DNA of 64,000 bases, taken from positions 4,545-68,544 of the forward strand of contig JBBSUC010000029.1 of assembly GCA_038235275.1 (NCBI GenBank). Direction: 5' to 3'. The stretch comes from Cytophagales bacterium (GTDB lineage: Bacteria; Bacteroidota; Bacteroidia; Cytophagales; Spirosomataceae). The notes beneath the pieces were generated by a model that saw nothing but the letters and a program-made list of their open reading frames with translations, ran no database searches and was not told the DNA's origin. A program made the position numbers and the translations under genes. Below, piece by piece: positions 21,245 to 34,804 of the stretch (the first letter of the stretch is position 1; each line of letters begins with the position of its first letter).

Positions 21245-24106
21245 ATGATTTCCCAATCCGAAACGATTTCCGAAGAAAAGATAGATTTTGCCGACCTGGA
21301 TGCCCGCCGTTTTATCCTGATCAAGGGGGCCAAAGTTCATAATCTCAAAAACATCGACGTCGCCATTCCCCGCAACAAGCTGGTGGTGGTCACCGGGCTT
21401 TCTGGCTCCGGCAAGTCGTCGCTGGCCTTCGATACGCTATTTGCCGAGGGACAGCGTATGTACGTCGAAAGCCTGAGCAGCTACGCGCGGCAGTTTCTGG
21501 GCCGCATGGAAAAGCCCGAGGTAGAGTACATTCGGGGCGTGTCGCCAGCCATCGCCATCGAGCAAAAAGTCAATACACGCAACCCGCGCTCGACGGTTGG
21601 GACCAGTACCGAGATTTATGATTATTTAAAGTTGCTCTTCGCCCGCATCGGCGTCACCTACTCACCCGTGTCGGGTGATGTCGTGCGCAAGGACACCGTC
21701 ACCGACGTAGTGGACTTCATGCTCTCGCACCCCGAGGGCACCCGCGTGCTGGTGATGGCCCCGCTGCTGGTGCGGCCCGGCCGCTCGCTGGCCGAGGAGC
21801 TGAATATCCTGCTTTCCAAAGGCTACAACCGCATCGTGCGTGGCGGCGAAACGCAGTTTATTGAGGAGGTACTGGAAGGCGAAGAACTCGCCGAAATTTC
21901 CGAGGCTGAGGAGCTTTTCATCCTCATCGACCGCGCCACCGTGCAGCCCGACGACGAAGACACGCAATACCGCCTGTCGGACTCGGTGCAGACGGCTTTC
22001 TTCGAGGGCGAAGGCAATTGCGTGGTCGAAATCATGGGACAGGAGCGGCGTATTTTCTCCGACAAGTTCGAGTTGGATGGTATTCTATTTGAAGAGCCGA
22101 GCGTCAATCTGTTCAGTTTCAACAATCCTTACGGAGCCTGCAAGCGTTGCGAGGGTTTCGGCAAAGTGCTGGGCATTGACCCCGATCTGGTAATTCCCGA
22201 CAAAGGGCTTTCCGTTTTTGAGGGAGCCATCGCGCCCTGGCGGACGGAGAAAATGGGCGAGTGGCTGAAACCGCTGCTGCGCAACGGCATCCGCTTCGAC
22301 TTCCCGATTCATCGGCCGTATAAAGATTTAAGTCAAGCCGAAAAAGACCTGCTCTGGACGGGTAACGCACACTTCAAGGGGCTGGATGCTTTTTTTAAAG
22401 AAATCGAAAGACAAACCCACAAAATCCAGTACCGCGTGATGCTCTCGCGTTATCGGGGCCGCACCACCTGTCCTGATTGCCGGGGTTCGCGGCTGCGGAA
22501 AGACGCGGCTTACGTCAAGATTGCGGGTGCATCCATCACGGATTTAGTTTTAAAATCCATCGAAGACGCTTTGGATTTTTTCAAAAACTTGGAACTGGAC
22601 GAACACAGCCAGCAAATCGGCAAGCGTATTTTGACCGAAATCAACAACCGCCTCGAGTACATGGTGCGCGTGGGCCTGGGCTATCTTTCGCTCAACCGTC
22701 TAACTAATTCACTGTCGGGCGGCGAGTTTCAGCGCATCAAGCTGGCTACTTCGCTGGGCAGCGCGCTGGTGGGTTCGATGTACATCCTCGACGAGCCGAG
22801 CATTGGATTGCACCCGCGCGACACGCAGCGACTGGTGGGCGTGCTGGAATCACTGCGCGACCTGGGGAACACGGTCATCGTGGTGGAACACGAGGAGGAA
22901 GTCATGCACGCCGCCGACCAAATCATCGACATTGGCCCCGAAGCTGGTACCAACGGCGGCCATTTGATTTTTCAGGGTGATTGGCAGGAAATAAAGGAAT
23001 ACGGCGAAGACTTAGAAGAAAAAGCCAACGGCCATTCCTACACGCTGGACTTTTTATTGGGCAAAGAATCCATTCCGGTGCCGACGTTCCGCCGGAAATT
23101 CACGCATTTTCTGGAACTGAAAGGGGCGCGGGAAAACAATCTCAAAGACGTGAACGTGAAATTTCCGCTTAACACGCTGACCGTCGTGACGGGCGTGAGC
23201 GGCTCGGGCAAGTCCACGCTGGTGCGCAAGCTGCTGTACCCCGCCCTGATGCGGACCAAGGGCGAATACGGCGAGGATGTGGGCAAGTTCGACGAACTGG
23301 CGGGCAGTTTGAAGCGCATCGAAGCCGTGGAAATGGTGGACCAAAATCCGATTGGCAAGTCGTCGCGCTCCAATCCGGTGACCTACATCAAAGCCTACGA
23401 CTACATGCGGCAGATGATGGCCGACCTGCCGCTGGCCAAGGCGCGGGGCTACAAGCCGTCGCACTTTTCGTTCAACGTGGACGGGGGCCGCTGCGAGGTG
23501 TGCCAGGGCGAAGGGCAGGTGAAGATCGAGATGCAGTTCATGGCCGACATTTACCTCAAATGCGAGGGCTGCAACGGCAAGCGCTTCAAGCAGGAAATCC
23601 TGGAAGTGAAGTACCACGATAAGGACGTGGCCGACATCCTGGACATGACCGTGGACGACGCCATCGACTTTTTCCGGGGTTCCGAGGAGCGACTGGTCGA
23701 GAAGCTGCAACCGTTGCAGGATGTGGGGCTAGGCTACGTCACGCTGGGGCAGTCGTCCAACACGCTATCGGGCGGCGAGGCGCAGCGCGTGAAACTGGCG
23801 TCGTTTTTGGGAAAAGGAAATTCTAACAAAGGCAAAACGCTCTTCATCTTCGACGAACCCACCACGGGTCTGCATTTTCACGATATCAAAAAACTGCTGG
23901 CCGCCATCAATGCGTTGGTTGATCAGGGCGACAGCGTCATCATCATCGAACACAACATGGAGGTCATCAAGTGTGCCGACTGGATCATCGATCTCGGCCC
24001 CGACGGCGGCGAACATGGCGGTTACGTCACCTACGCGGGTACGCCGGAGGACATGGTCGGGCTGGAAGGAAACTACACGGCGGATTTTTTGCGGGGGAAG
24101 CTCTGA
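21245..24106 (+). CDS. uvrA: excinuclease ABC subunit A
   Basis: Two ABC ATPase modules: Walker [13 protein letters not shown] and [11 protein letters not shown], signatures [12 protein letters not shown] and [12 protein letters not shown]. Zinc-finger cysteines are present. Start placed at MISQSE ([14 protein letters not shown] near the N-terminus). The ORF extends upstream to 21119. Confidence 0.95.
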   Translation: MISQSETISEEKIDFADLDARRFILIKGAKVHNLKNIDVAIPRNKLVVVTGLSGSGKSSLAFDTLFAEGQRMYVESLSSYARQFLGRMEKPEVEYIRGVSPAIAIEQKVNTRNPRSTVGTSTEIYDYLKLLFARIGVTYSPVSGDVVRKDTVTDVVDFMLSHPEGTRVLVMAPLLVRPGRSLAEELNILLSKGYNRIVRGGETQFIEEVLEGEELAEISEAEELFILIDRATVQPDDEDTQYRLSDSVQTAFFEGEGNCVVEIMGQERRIFSDKFELDGILFEEPSVNLFSFNNPYGACKRCEGFGKVLGIDPDLVIPDKGLSVFEGAIAPWRTEKMGEWLKPLLRNGIRFDFPIHRPYKDLSQAEKDLLWTGNAHFKGLDAFFKEIERQTHKIQYRVMLSRYRGRTTCPDCRGSRLRKDAAYVKIAGASITDLVLKSIEDALDFFKNLELDEHSQQIGKRILTEINNRLEYMVRVGLGYLSLNRLTNSLSGGEFQRIKLATSLGSALVGSMYILDEPSIGLHPRDTQRLVGVLESLRDLGNTVIVVEHEEEVMHAADQIIDIGPEAGTNGGHLIFQGDWQEIKEYGEDLEEKANGHSYTLDFLLGKESIPVPTFRRKFTHFLELKGARENNLKDVNVKFPLNTLTVVTGVSGSGKSTLVRKLLYPALMRTKGEYGEDVGKFDELAGSLKRIEAVEMVDQNPIGKSSRSNPVTYIKAYDYMRQMMADLPLAKARGYKPSHFSFNVDGGRCEVCQGEGQVKIEMQFMADIYLKCEGCNGKRFKQEILEVKYHDKDVADILDMTVDDAIDFFRGSEERLVEKLQPLQDVGLGYVTLGQSSNTLSGGEAQRVKLASFLGKGNSNKGKTLFIFDEPTTGLHFHDIKKLLAAINALVDQGDSVIIIEHNMEVIKCADWIIDLGPDGGEHGGYVTYAGTPEDMVGLEGNYTADFLRGKL

Positions 24107-24706
24107 GAAAAATGGTTTGGGGAGAATTCCCTGTATTTCGTTGAAATACTAAACATCTAAACACATGAATGCTGTACTGTTAGCGAGCGAATCAAGCCAG
24201 GATATAAAGCTAATGCTCACTTTGGCAAAAAAGATGGGGATGACTACCCGCAAACTGTGCACCCAGCAGTGGGAGGATCATCTATTGGCAGCGGAGATTG
24301 ACAGAGGAGTGGAAACGCCTACGGGTTAGTAAAGAGGAAGTGATGAAGGTGCTTCACGCCAAATGAAAGTGGCTTATAAAGGAACATTTTTGAAAAGCCT
24401 TCATTGATTGAAAGATGTCCGTTATGGTTAAAAATTTTACAAAGCAACCAAAGAAATACAGGGCTTTCTTATAAAAAATAAATACAAAAATAATTATGTA
24501 AATAACAGAAATATTTATAAAGGTGGTTTTGAATTTAGTAACCCTTTTAGTCTGTTGAAACTGAGTTAACACTAAAATAGCCACTTTCTCATCCTCTTAT
24601 TACTGTTAAATGCCCAAATCTGACCCAAGTAAGTTTTTATAAGAAAGCCCCGTAATCAACTGTAAGCAGTTGCCTCTATACACATTACCCTGTAACTCTC
24701 CGTTAA

Positions 24707-25414
24707 TTAAGCCGTCAGCACCCGGAAAATCTCCTCCAAACTTTCCCCACTTTGCCGCAGCGTAGCCAGCGGGCTGTCGGCCACAATCTTTCCTTTACTA
24801 ATGATAATCACCCGGTCGCAGAGGGCTTCGACTTCCTGCATGATGTGGGTGGAAAAAAGAACCGTCTTATCAGCTCCGGCGGTGCGGATCAGGGCGCGGA
24901 TTTCGGTAAGTTGGTTGGGATCGAGGCCCGTGGTGGGTTCGTCCAGAATCAGCACGGCGGGGTCGTGCAGCAGGGCTTGGGCTAAGCCCACACGCTGACG
25001 ATAGCCCTTGGAAAGTTGGCCGATTTTCTTGTGCTGCTCCACGGTCAGGCCGCAGAGTTTCACCATTTCGTCCACGCGCGCATCCAGCGGTTTACCCTTC
25101 ATCCCGTACATTTTCCCCACAAAAAGTAAGAATTCCCGCACGTACATATCCAGGTACAGCGGGTTGTGTTCGGGCAGGTAGCCTATGGCGCGTCGGGCGG
25201 CCATCGCGTCGTCGGCCAGGTCGTGGCCGTTGACCACCGCCCGGCCGGCGGTGGGCGTGAGGTAGCCCGTCAGCAGCTTCATGGTCGTGGATTTTCCGGC
25301 GCCGTTGGGGCCGAGGAAGCCCACGATTTCGCCGGGCCGAAGTGTAAAGTTGAGCGAGTCGATGGCTTTTTGGGAGCCGTACTGCTTGGTAAGTTGCGAA
25401 ACCAGGATAGACAT
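24707..25414 (-). CDS. ABC transporter ATP-binding protein (GldA-like, no adjacent permease)
   Basis: Walker [10 protein letters not shown], signature [12 protein letters not shown], Walker [14 protein letters not shown]-loop STHIM. Confidence 0.85.
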   Translation of the reverse strand: MSILVSQLTKQYGSQKAIDSLNFTLRPGEIVGFLGPNGAGKSTTMKLLTGYLTPTAGRAVVNGHDLADDAMAARRAIGYLPEHNPLYLDMYVREFLLFVGKMYGMKGKPLDARVDEMVKLCGLTVEQHKKIGQLSKGYRQRVGLAQALLHDPAVLILDEPTTGLDPNQLTEIRALIRTAGADKTVLFSTHIMQEVEALCDRVIIISKGKIVADSPLATLRQSGESLEEIFRVLTA

Positions 25415-25493
25415 TTTTTAATTTTGAATGAGTGAATGATAGAATAATAGAATATTCACCGCTCGGTCGGCCCCGTCATTCTATCATTCAAAA

Positions 25494-28838
<3,345 letters not shown>

Positions 28839-29019
28839 TCAGTTCGGAAACGGGGGGAGTACAAATAAGGTCGAGCATACTGTAGCGTGGTGTGAAAAGA
28901 GGGACTTCCTGCAAAGTAAGGCATTTTTTGGCAAAGGCGGTGGGGTGAAAACGGCTTCTCAAATCAATCTTTTAGCTAAAAAACCACTAATTTGGCGTCA
29001 TCAACGCAACCCTCCCGTT

Positions 29020-29790
29020 ATGCTCCTCGCCGTCGATGCCGGAAACACCGATACCGTATTTGGCCTTTTTGACCAACAAAACAAACTGCACGTATGGCGA
29101 ACCCGCTCACTGTCGCAGGAGTCGGCAGCGCACTACGAGTCGTGGTTGCGGCTGCATTTTCTGGAGGCCGGGATCGCGCTGGATCGCGTGGAAAAAGTAG
29201 TGCTGGGCAGTGTCGTACCGGACTTGACGGCTACGCTGAAAGCCATGCTCATTTCGCTTTTCGGCACCGAGCCGATCGTCGTTGGGCCCGACGTTTATCC
29301 CGGTCTGGAAATTGCCATCGATCACCCGTACGAAATTGGGGCCGACCTGATCGCCAACGCCGTAGCTGCCCACGCCCGTTACCCGCAGAACTGTGTGGTC
29401 GTGGACTTTGGCACCGCGCTTACTTTTACCACCGTTTCGGCCACGGGCAAAATCCTGGGCGTGGCCATTCTGCCAGGGCTGAAAACGGCCGTGAAAGCGC
29501 TCTTCGCCAACACCGCCCAACTCCCCGAAGTACCTTTGGTATTGCCTGCTTCGGCCATTGGCAAAAACACCGTCCACGCCATTCAGGCGGGCATTCTGCT
29601 GGGATACGAGGGACTCGTCAAATCCATGATTCGCCGCATCCGCGCCGAACTTGGCGGCGACTGTGTCGCTGTCGCCACGGGCGGGCTTTCGTCGATCATC
29701 GACACGCTGGAAGGGGAGTTTGTGGAAATAGACCGCGGGCTGACGCTGGACGGACTGCGGTTGATTGCTCTTCGACTCCGCTCGGAGTGA
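29020..29790 (+). CDS. coaX: type III pantothenate kinase
   Basis: MLLAVDAGNTDTVFGLF N-terminus (acetate/sugar kinase fold). Length ~256 aa from the internal start. The ORF extends upstream to 28726, overlapping the beta-galactosidase gene, so the internal start was used. Confidence 0.85.
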   Translation: MLLAVDAGNTDTVFGLFDQQNKLHVWRTRSLSQESAAHYESWLRLHFLEAGIALDRVEKVVLGSVVPDLTATLKAMLISLFGTEPIVVGPDVYPGLEIAIDHPYEIGADLIANAVAAHARYPQNCVVVDFGTALTFTTVSATGKILGVAILPGLKTAVKALFANTAQLPEVPLVLPASAIGKNTVHAIQAGILLGYEGLVKSMIRRIRAELGGDCVAVATGGLSSIIDTLEGEFVEIDRGLTLDGLRLIALRLRSE

Positions 29791-29829
29791 CAGCACTACG
29801 CTCAAAGTCGAAAGTAGGCAGGATTAAGA

Positions 29830-31104
29830 TTATGGGAGAAGGTTTGTGCTGAACTCGGCGAACGACATTAATTTGTACTGACTCTGAATTGCTCGATTGA
29901 GGTTTCGGTAGATTGGGTTGTCCAGATCATGCAGTATTTCCCGCAAATTCTTCTCCGACTCGACGGCATTCTGCGGGGCCAGGTCGATCAGATGTCTGTC
30001 GTTTTGGTACTGGTGAATAAAATTATGGAGACTCAGGCCCTCCGTCGTCTCATACCCAAAATCAAGGATAAAGGAGGGTGTTTCGGTGAAGCACGCTTCC
30101 AGGCCCATTGTCGTACCCAGGTGGAAAAACGCCCTGGCAAAATGAACCTTCTCAAATTTTTCAAAAATAGCGTCTTCGGACACGGAGAGGTCGGCGTTTC
30201 GGAAGTCTTCGTCAAAAATCACGTTGGGCAGTTGACGGATTTGATCGTACAGCGTCCAATCCTTCATCACCGGATAGGGCCGCACGACGAGTTTCAGGTC
30301 GGGACGGTAATCAACCATCACCTGAGCGACGCGCCGGATGACTTCCACTTCCTGCCGAGCCAACTCTGGAATGCCCACCGCGCAGCCTAAATAAACGTAT
30401 TCAAAGGAAAAAGAACGGCTAAGCGGCGGCGGCTTGCGGTTCAGGAATTCGTGAATGTAGCAGAATTGACTGGCCCCCACTACCTCGATTTGCGAAGGAG
30501 AAACCCCGTGCAGTTTAGCTACGTCTTCCTTGATACCCTCCGACCAGCACAGGTACGGGACGCGTTTCGAGAACCGGGGATTTTTACAAGCGTGATCCCA
30601 GCTATAAACATACACGCTGGCCGTCCGATTTTCCGTCAAGAGCCTGGCCAGCAGGTAATCGTCCGCGATGGAAGTGTAGAGAATGAATTGATCGATGTCA
30701 TCCAGCCGGGTTTCGCCGCTATACCGTAATCCATCCAAATAGGTATCGTACGAAAGAACTTTGGGGAGCCGCCTCGTCCATTGCAGAATACGCAGTGCCT
30801 TGCCTTTCTGCGCTTCGGTAGCCGCATTGGAGGCGAGGAAGAGCTGCATCAGGTAGTAGTTGTTCTCGCTCCTGGGTATCTGCTTGTACAGCGCGTACCA
30901 GCGCTCCCAAAGTCGGTTCCAGGCCGTAGCTTTACGCTCGCGGATCACCCTGAATTCGACACCTTTTGGCAAGTGGCTCGCAATCGACTCGACCTGGTCG
31001 GCGCGGCCCAGCACCACGACTTCGTGCCGTTGGGCCACTTCCGCAATCACGCGCCTGACATCGTTGCGGAAGTCGAAGAAGGAAACGACGAAGGCGATTT
31101 TCAT
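29830..31104 (-). CDS. hypothetical protein of the glycan cluster (possible GT-B-like transferase)
   Basis: 424 aa. Its start overlaps the stop of the upstream GT4 gene (operonic). MKIAFVVSFFD resembles GT-B N-termini. No definitive motif recognised. Confidence 0.45.
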   Translation of the reverse strand: MKIAFVVSFFDFRNDVRRVIAEVAQRHEVVVLGRADQVESIASHLPKGVEFRVIRERKATAWNRLWERWYALYKQIPRSENNYYLMQLFLASNAATEAQKGKALRILQWTRRLPKVLSYDTYLDGLRYSGETRLDDIDQFILYTSIADDYLLARLLTENRTASVYVYSWDHACKNPRFSKRVPYLCWSEGIKEDVAKLHGVSPSQIEVVGASQFCYIHEFLNRKPPPLSRSFSFEYVYLGCAVGIPELARQEVEVIRRVAQVMVDYRPDLKLVVRPYPVMKDWTLYDQIRQLPNVIFDEDFRNADLSVSEDAIFEKFEKVHFARAFFHLGTTMGLEACFTETPSFILDFGYETTEGLSLHNFIHQYQNDRHLIDLAPQNAVESEKNLREILHDLDNPIYRNLNRAIQSQYKLMSFAEFSTNLLP

Positions 31105-32258
31105 GAATTATGCAAAATTGTCAGCCATTTGGGTGCTTGTATCTCCGCCTCAAAGTTTTCCAGGACTCGCTGTCTTCCTCGCCGTCCCGCCTCCTTCCGC
31201 CGCTCCTTGCTTCCCAAAAAATATAAAATTCCTTCAGCGAGACCTTCCGGGGTACGGTCTTTGACCAGGTAGCCCGTTTCGAGATCCACCACTTCGCGTA
31301 TTCCCCCGACATCCATTGCTACCACGGGTTTTTCAAAAAGCATGGCTTCCAGAATTGAGAGCGGGAAAGCCTCGGTTCGGGAGGGTAATACAAAGATATC
31401 GATGCCGGAGTAGAATGTGTTCGTCTGGGCTGAGGCTGGCAGAAAACGGATGAAATTTTCGAGCCCTCGTTCTTTTACCAATGCCTGCATCGAAGAAAAA
31501 TAGGGATTGGGCTTAGTTGGTGCACCCAGCCATTCAAATCTAACTTGTTTCGTTCCGGTGTATTTGTTGATCAAAATATACATTGCTTCGATTATTGTGT
31601 CAGGAGCTTTTAGAAACGAAAGGTTGGCTACTGTTCCAATTACTACGGTCTTACCATGGAATCGAGGTAAAAGCGGGAGTTTTTCCGCTTTTTTGAGCAA
31701 TATTTCGCTACTAACCGGGCCATGAATCACGGAGATTTTTGTCGGCGATACGCTATAGGTATGTTCGTAGAACGTAGCAACGGCGTTTGAACAGGCGACT
31801 AGTCGGTCGACGCGATCAAGTACGCTTCGTACCCAGGCATCAGACAGTTTGAAGGTGACTAGAAAATCCATTTCGTGCGCGTGCAGGCACAGGGGAACTG
31901 AGGAGCGCAGCGCAGCGCGGACTGCTGGATTGAAAGCGAGGGAGTTTATATAAAGGAGGTTGGGAGCGTGCGAGATTATAACCCGACGAGCGTACCAGTA
32001 TTTGATGTAATCGTATAAACGCAGCGAGATCCGACGCAAAACCCGGCGTAAGAAAACCCGTTTTTCCAAGCCAAAGACATGAACCGAACCGTGTAGCTGG
32101 TATTCATGGAGGGCGGGCCCCATTTCGTTAAAAAGAAAAATAGCGCTGAATTTTTTGGATTCCCGAGTGACCTGTAAAAGATTGAGCATAGCCTGGGAAG
32201 CACCGCCCAGACTGGGGCGGTGCACTAAAAACAAGACCTTTTTCTCAGGAGCAGCCAT
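31101..32258 (-). CDS. family 4 glycosyltransferase (GT-B)
   Basis: 385 aa. C-terminal EAFPLSILEAMLFEKPVVAMDVGGIREVV is the GT4 EX7E-region signature. Confidence 0.85.
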   Translation of the reverse strand: MAAPEKKVLFLVHRPSLGGASQAMLNLLQVTRESKKFSAIFLFNEMGPALHEYQLHGSVHVFGLEKRVFLRRVLRRISLRLYDYIKYWYARRVIISHAPNLLYINSLAFNPAVRAALRSSVPLCLHAHEMDFLVTFKLSDAWVRSVLDRVDRLVACSNAVATFYEHTYSVSPTKISVIHGPVSSEILLKKAEKLPLLPRFHGKTVVIGTVANLSFLKAPDTIIEAMYILINKYTGTKQVRFEWLGAPTKPNPYFSSMQALVKERGLENFIRFLPASAQTNTFYSGIDIFVLPSRTEAFPLSILEAMLFEKPVVAMDVGGIREVVDLETGYLVKDRTPEGLAEGILYFLGSKERRKEAGRRGRQRVLENFEAEIQAPKWLTILHNS

Positions 32259-32262
32259 TGAC

Positions 32263-33807
32263 TTATTTTTTGGTTTGTCTTTTGAGCGAGATTCCCCACT
32301 GTTTCAGATAGTGAGCTAACAATCCCGAAGCCGTCGCCTGGCTATATTTTCTAACTGTAGGATGAAAGAGGCAACGCAATAGCCCTGACATCCCTAAACA
32401 GTCTATGACTCTGGATTCCCATTCCGTGTAGGCAAGTCGGGCGTAATAATCTTTATCCAATCTTTGGAAAAAAGGGCTTGCCAAAACTTCTTGAATCAGG
32501 CTTTTGCCCGCCTGGAAGGCGGACCGTTTCCTCGAACTCCCAGTAAGATAATCTCTTCTGGTAGTACTTGGCTGCTTTTTTAACAAAAGTTCGTACCACA
32601 ATAAACGAGATCCACCTCGAGCGTCATCCTGCCTAGTAATCGACTGGCTCACGTTCTGGCTGTGCCAGCGGTAGCGCAGTAGCATTGCGGGGAGGGAGGT
32701 GAGGGTCGACACCTGGCCTGTCCGAATCCAGAGCGCGTAGTCTTCGGCGTAAGAATAAGCCTTTTCGTAACGGATGCCATGGCGGTTCAGCACCGACTTG
32801 CGGAGCATGCCCGTTTCCGAATTTACCACTTCCCGGACGCCCCCCACGTCCATCGCCACCATCGGTTTCCCGAACAGCATCGCTTCCAGAATCGTGAGCG
32901 GGAAGCCCTCCATGCGGGACGGAAGAACGAAGATATCTATGCTGGCGTAAAACGCGGCGGTTTGCTCAGAAGCGGGCAGAAAAGAAATCTCTCCGGCCAG
33001 GCCATGTCGATTCACCAGTTGCTCGATGGATTGGAAATACGGATCGGCATGAGCAGGTGCGCCCAGCCACTTCAAAATGTTTTTCTTGCCAAGCTGGTAC
33101 TGATTCCTGACAATCAGGAATGCTTCGATAAGCAGGTCTGGAGCCTTCAAATAGGAGAGATTGGCTACTACGCCCATTACGATGACACCGTTGTCAGACC
33201 GGACAGCGGGCGAACTGCGAGCCACCTCGCCAAACAGCCGCTCCGCACTAACCGGCCCGTAAACAACGGCAGTCCGATGGGGAGGAAAGCCAAATGTTCG
33301 CTCATAGGAATCAGCCACCGCCTTCGCACAAGCGATCAACTGGCTGGTGCGCCGGAAGGCATTTCTTGCCCAACTTTCCGGGAAACTGGAAACCACCAGC
33401 GTATCCATGACATGTGCATGCAGGATAAGTGGAATGGTGGAAGCCGGGGCAGCTTTTGAAGTGGGCTTTAAAGTAAGGGAGTTGAGGTATAAGTACCGGG
33501 GTTTCTGAGTACGGATAATCCACTGTACATACAGATATCGCAAATAATCGTACGTAGGCAGCGCAAGACGCCTGCCCATTTTACGAATAACGGCCTTTTT
33601 TTCCAGGGGGAAAATGAAAACGGAGCCATGCTGACTGTATTCCAACAACAAAGGGCCCGTTTCATCAAAAACGAATACGGCTTCGAACCACCTCAAGTCC
33701 CGGCTGGCGTTCAGGAGATTTAGCAGGACCTGCGATGCGCCGCCGAGATTGGGACGCGGGCAAAGAAAAAGTATTCTCTCGTTGGTTATCGGAGGCTTTT
33801 CTTCCAT
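32263..33807 (-). CDS. family 4 glycosyltransferase fused to a C-terminal module homologous to the C-terminal half of the adjacent GT2 protein
   Basis: 514 aa. Residues ~1-340 are paralogous to 31101..32258 (MEGFPLTILEAMLFGKPMVAMDVGGVREVV). Residues ~345-514 (RKSVLNRHGIRYEKAYSYAEDYALWIR...TFQAGKSL...DKDYYARLAYTEWE...GLLAHYL) align collinearly with residues ~155-331 of the GT2 at 33809..34804. Confidence 0.8.
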   Translation of the reverse strand: MEEKPPITNERILFLCPRPNLGGASQVLLNLLNASRDLRWFEAVFVFDETGPLLLEYSQHGSVFIFPLEKKAVIRKMGRRLALPTYDYLRYLYVQWIIRTQKPRYLYLNSLTLKPTSKAAPASTIPLILHAHVMDTLVVSSFPESWARNAFRRTSQLIACAKAVADSYERTFGFPPHRTAVVYGPVSAERLFGEVARSSPAVRSDNGVIVMGVVANLSYLKAPDLLIEAFLIVRNQYQLGKKNILKWLGAPAHADPYFQSIEQLVNRHGLAGEISFLPASEQTAAFYASIDIFVLPSRMEGFPLTILEAMLFGKPMVAMDVGGVREVVNSETGMLRKSVLNRHGIRYEKAYSYAEDYALWIRTGQVSTLTSLPAMLLRYRWHSQNVSQSITRQDDARGGSRLLWYELLLKKQPSTTRRDYLTGSSRKRSAFQAGKSLIQEVLASPFFQRLDKDYYARLAYTEWESRVIDCLGMSGLLRCLFHPTVRKYSQATASGLLAHYLKQWGISLKRQTKK

Positions 33808-33808
33808 G

Positions 33809-34804
33809 CTATCGCTTGAACTTTACGCCGTATCTGCCCAGATAATGCGCTATCAAGCCAATGGCCGTAGCGCGACTTCTCTTTCGGAAATTGGTTTGTT
33901 GAAAGCATTTTATCAATCCCCACAGGCCAGCATAGTCGATAAACTTCAACTCCCACTCAGTTACGGCTAATTGGCCGAAGTAATCTTTGTCAACGAGCGG
34001 ACTTTCCAGCACCGTAGCCAGCAGTTCCTTTCCTGCTTGAAAAGTAGCCCGATCACGAAAATTCCAGGCCAAATAGGCTTTTTGAAACTCAGAGATTGAA
34101 CCACCGAGTACCAATTCATGCCACAGAATGCGAGCCTTGATTTGAGCCATCACTCGGCTGGGATCGGTTTTGCTCATATTGGCCGAATGCCAGCGGTACA
34201 ACAACAGGGTGTCAGGCAAGGAGGAAATACAGGAAACCCGACTGATTCGGATCCAGAAGGCGTAATCTGCCGCGTAGTGGTATTCTTTTTCGTAGCGGAT
34301 ATCATAACGAGTCAGAATTTCCTTTCGGATCATGGTGGTAGGGTGTCCCAAAGAAGAGTTAACTGAGAGCAAAGTAAAACACTGCTTGTAATCACTCGGA
34401 TGAAATACAATATGGTCGCTGTCTCCAAAAAACTGAAAAGTAGTACCACATGCCCCAACCTCGGGATGTGCGTGCATAAAGTTAACCTGCCGGGCAAATC
34501 GCTCCGATAAGCTGATATCATCGGCGTCCATACGAGCAATATATTCACCCTGAGACAAGTTGATGCCGAGGTTTAGCGTAGCGACCAAGCCAAGGTTTCC
34601 GGCGTTTTTCGTATAAAAAATTCGGGTATCCCCGTATGATTTGATGATTTCCTCACTGGCATCCGTGGAGCCATCGTTGATGATGAGAAACTCAAAATCC
34701 GTGAAAGTTTGGCTCAGTATGCTATCCATCGCCTCCCGTAGATAAGCGGCGGCATTATAAACTGGCATTAACACGCTGACCTTTGGTTTCACATTCGTAT
34801 CCAT
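33809..34804 (-). CDS. family 2 glycosyltransferase
   Basis: VSVLMPVYNAAAYLREAMDSILSQTFTDFEFLIINDGSTD and a DADD motif. The C-terminal ~175 aa is shared with the upstream GT4 fusion. Confidence 0.85.
   Translation of the reverse strand: MDTNVKPKVSVLMPVYNAAAYLREAMDSILSQTFTDFEFLIINDGSTDASEEIIKSYGDTRIFYTKNAGNLGLVATLNLGINLSQGEYIARMDADDISLSERFARQVNFMHAHPEVGACGTTFQFFGDSDHIVFHPSDYKQCFTLLSVNSSLGHPTTMIRKEILTRYDIRYEKEYHYAADYAFWIRISRVSCISSLPDTLLLYRWHSANMSKTDPSRVMAQIKARILWHELVLGGSISEFQKAYLAWNFRDRATFQAGKELLATVLESPLVDKDYFGQLAVTEWELKFIDYAGLWGLIKCFQQTNFRKRSRATAIGLIAHYLGRYGVKFKR

Noticed and set aside
24354-24584. 76-aa ORF in the AT-rich intergenic block
   Set aside because: It is extremely AT-rich with Ile/Phe/Lys-dominated composition and lies between inverted repeats, so it is more likely non-coding element DNA than a gene.
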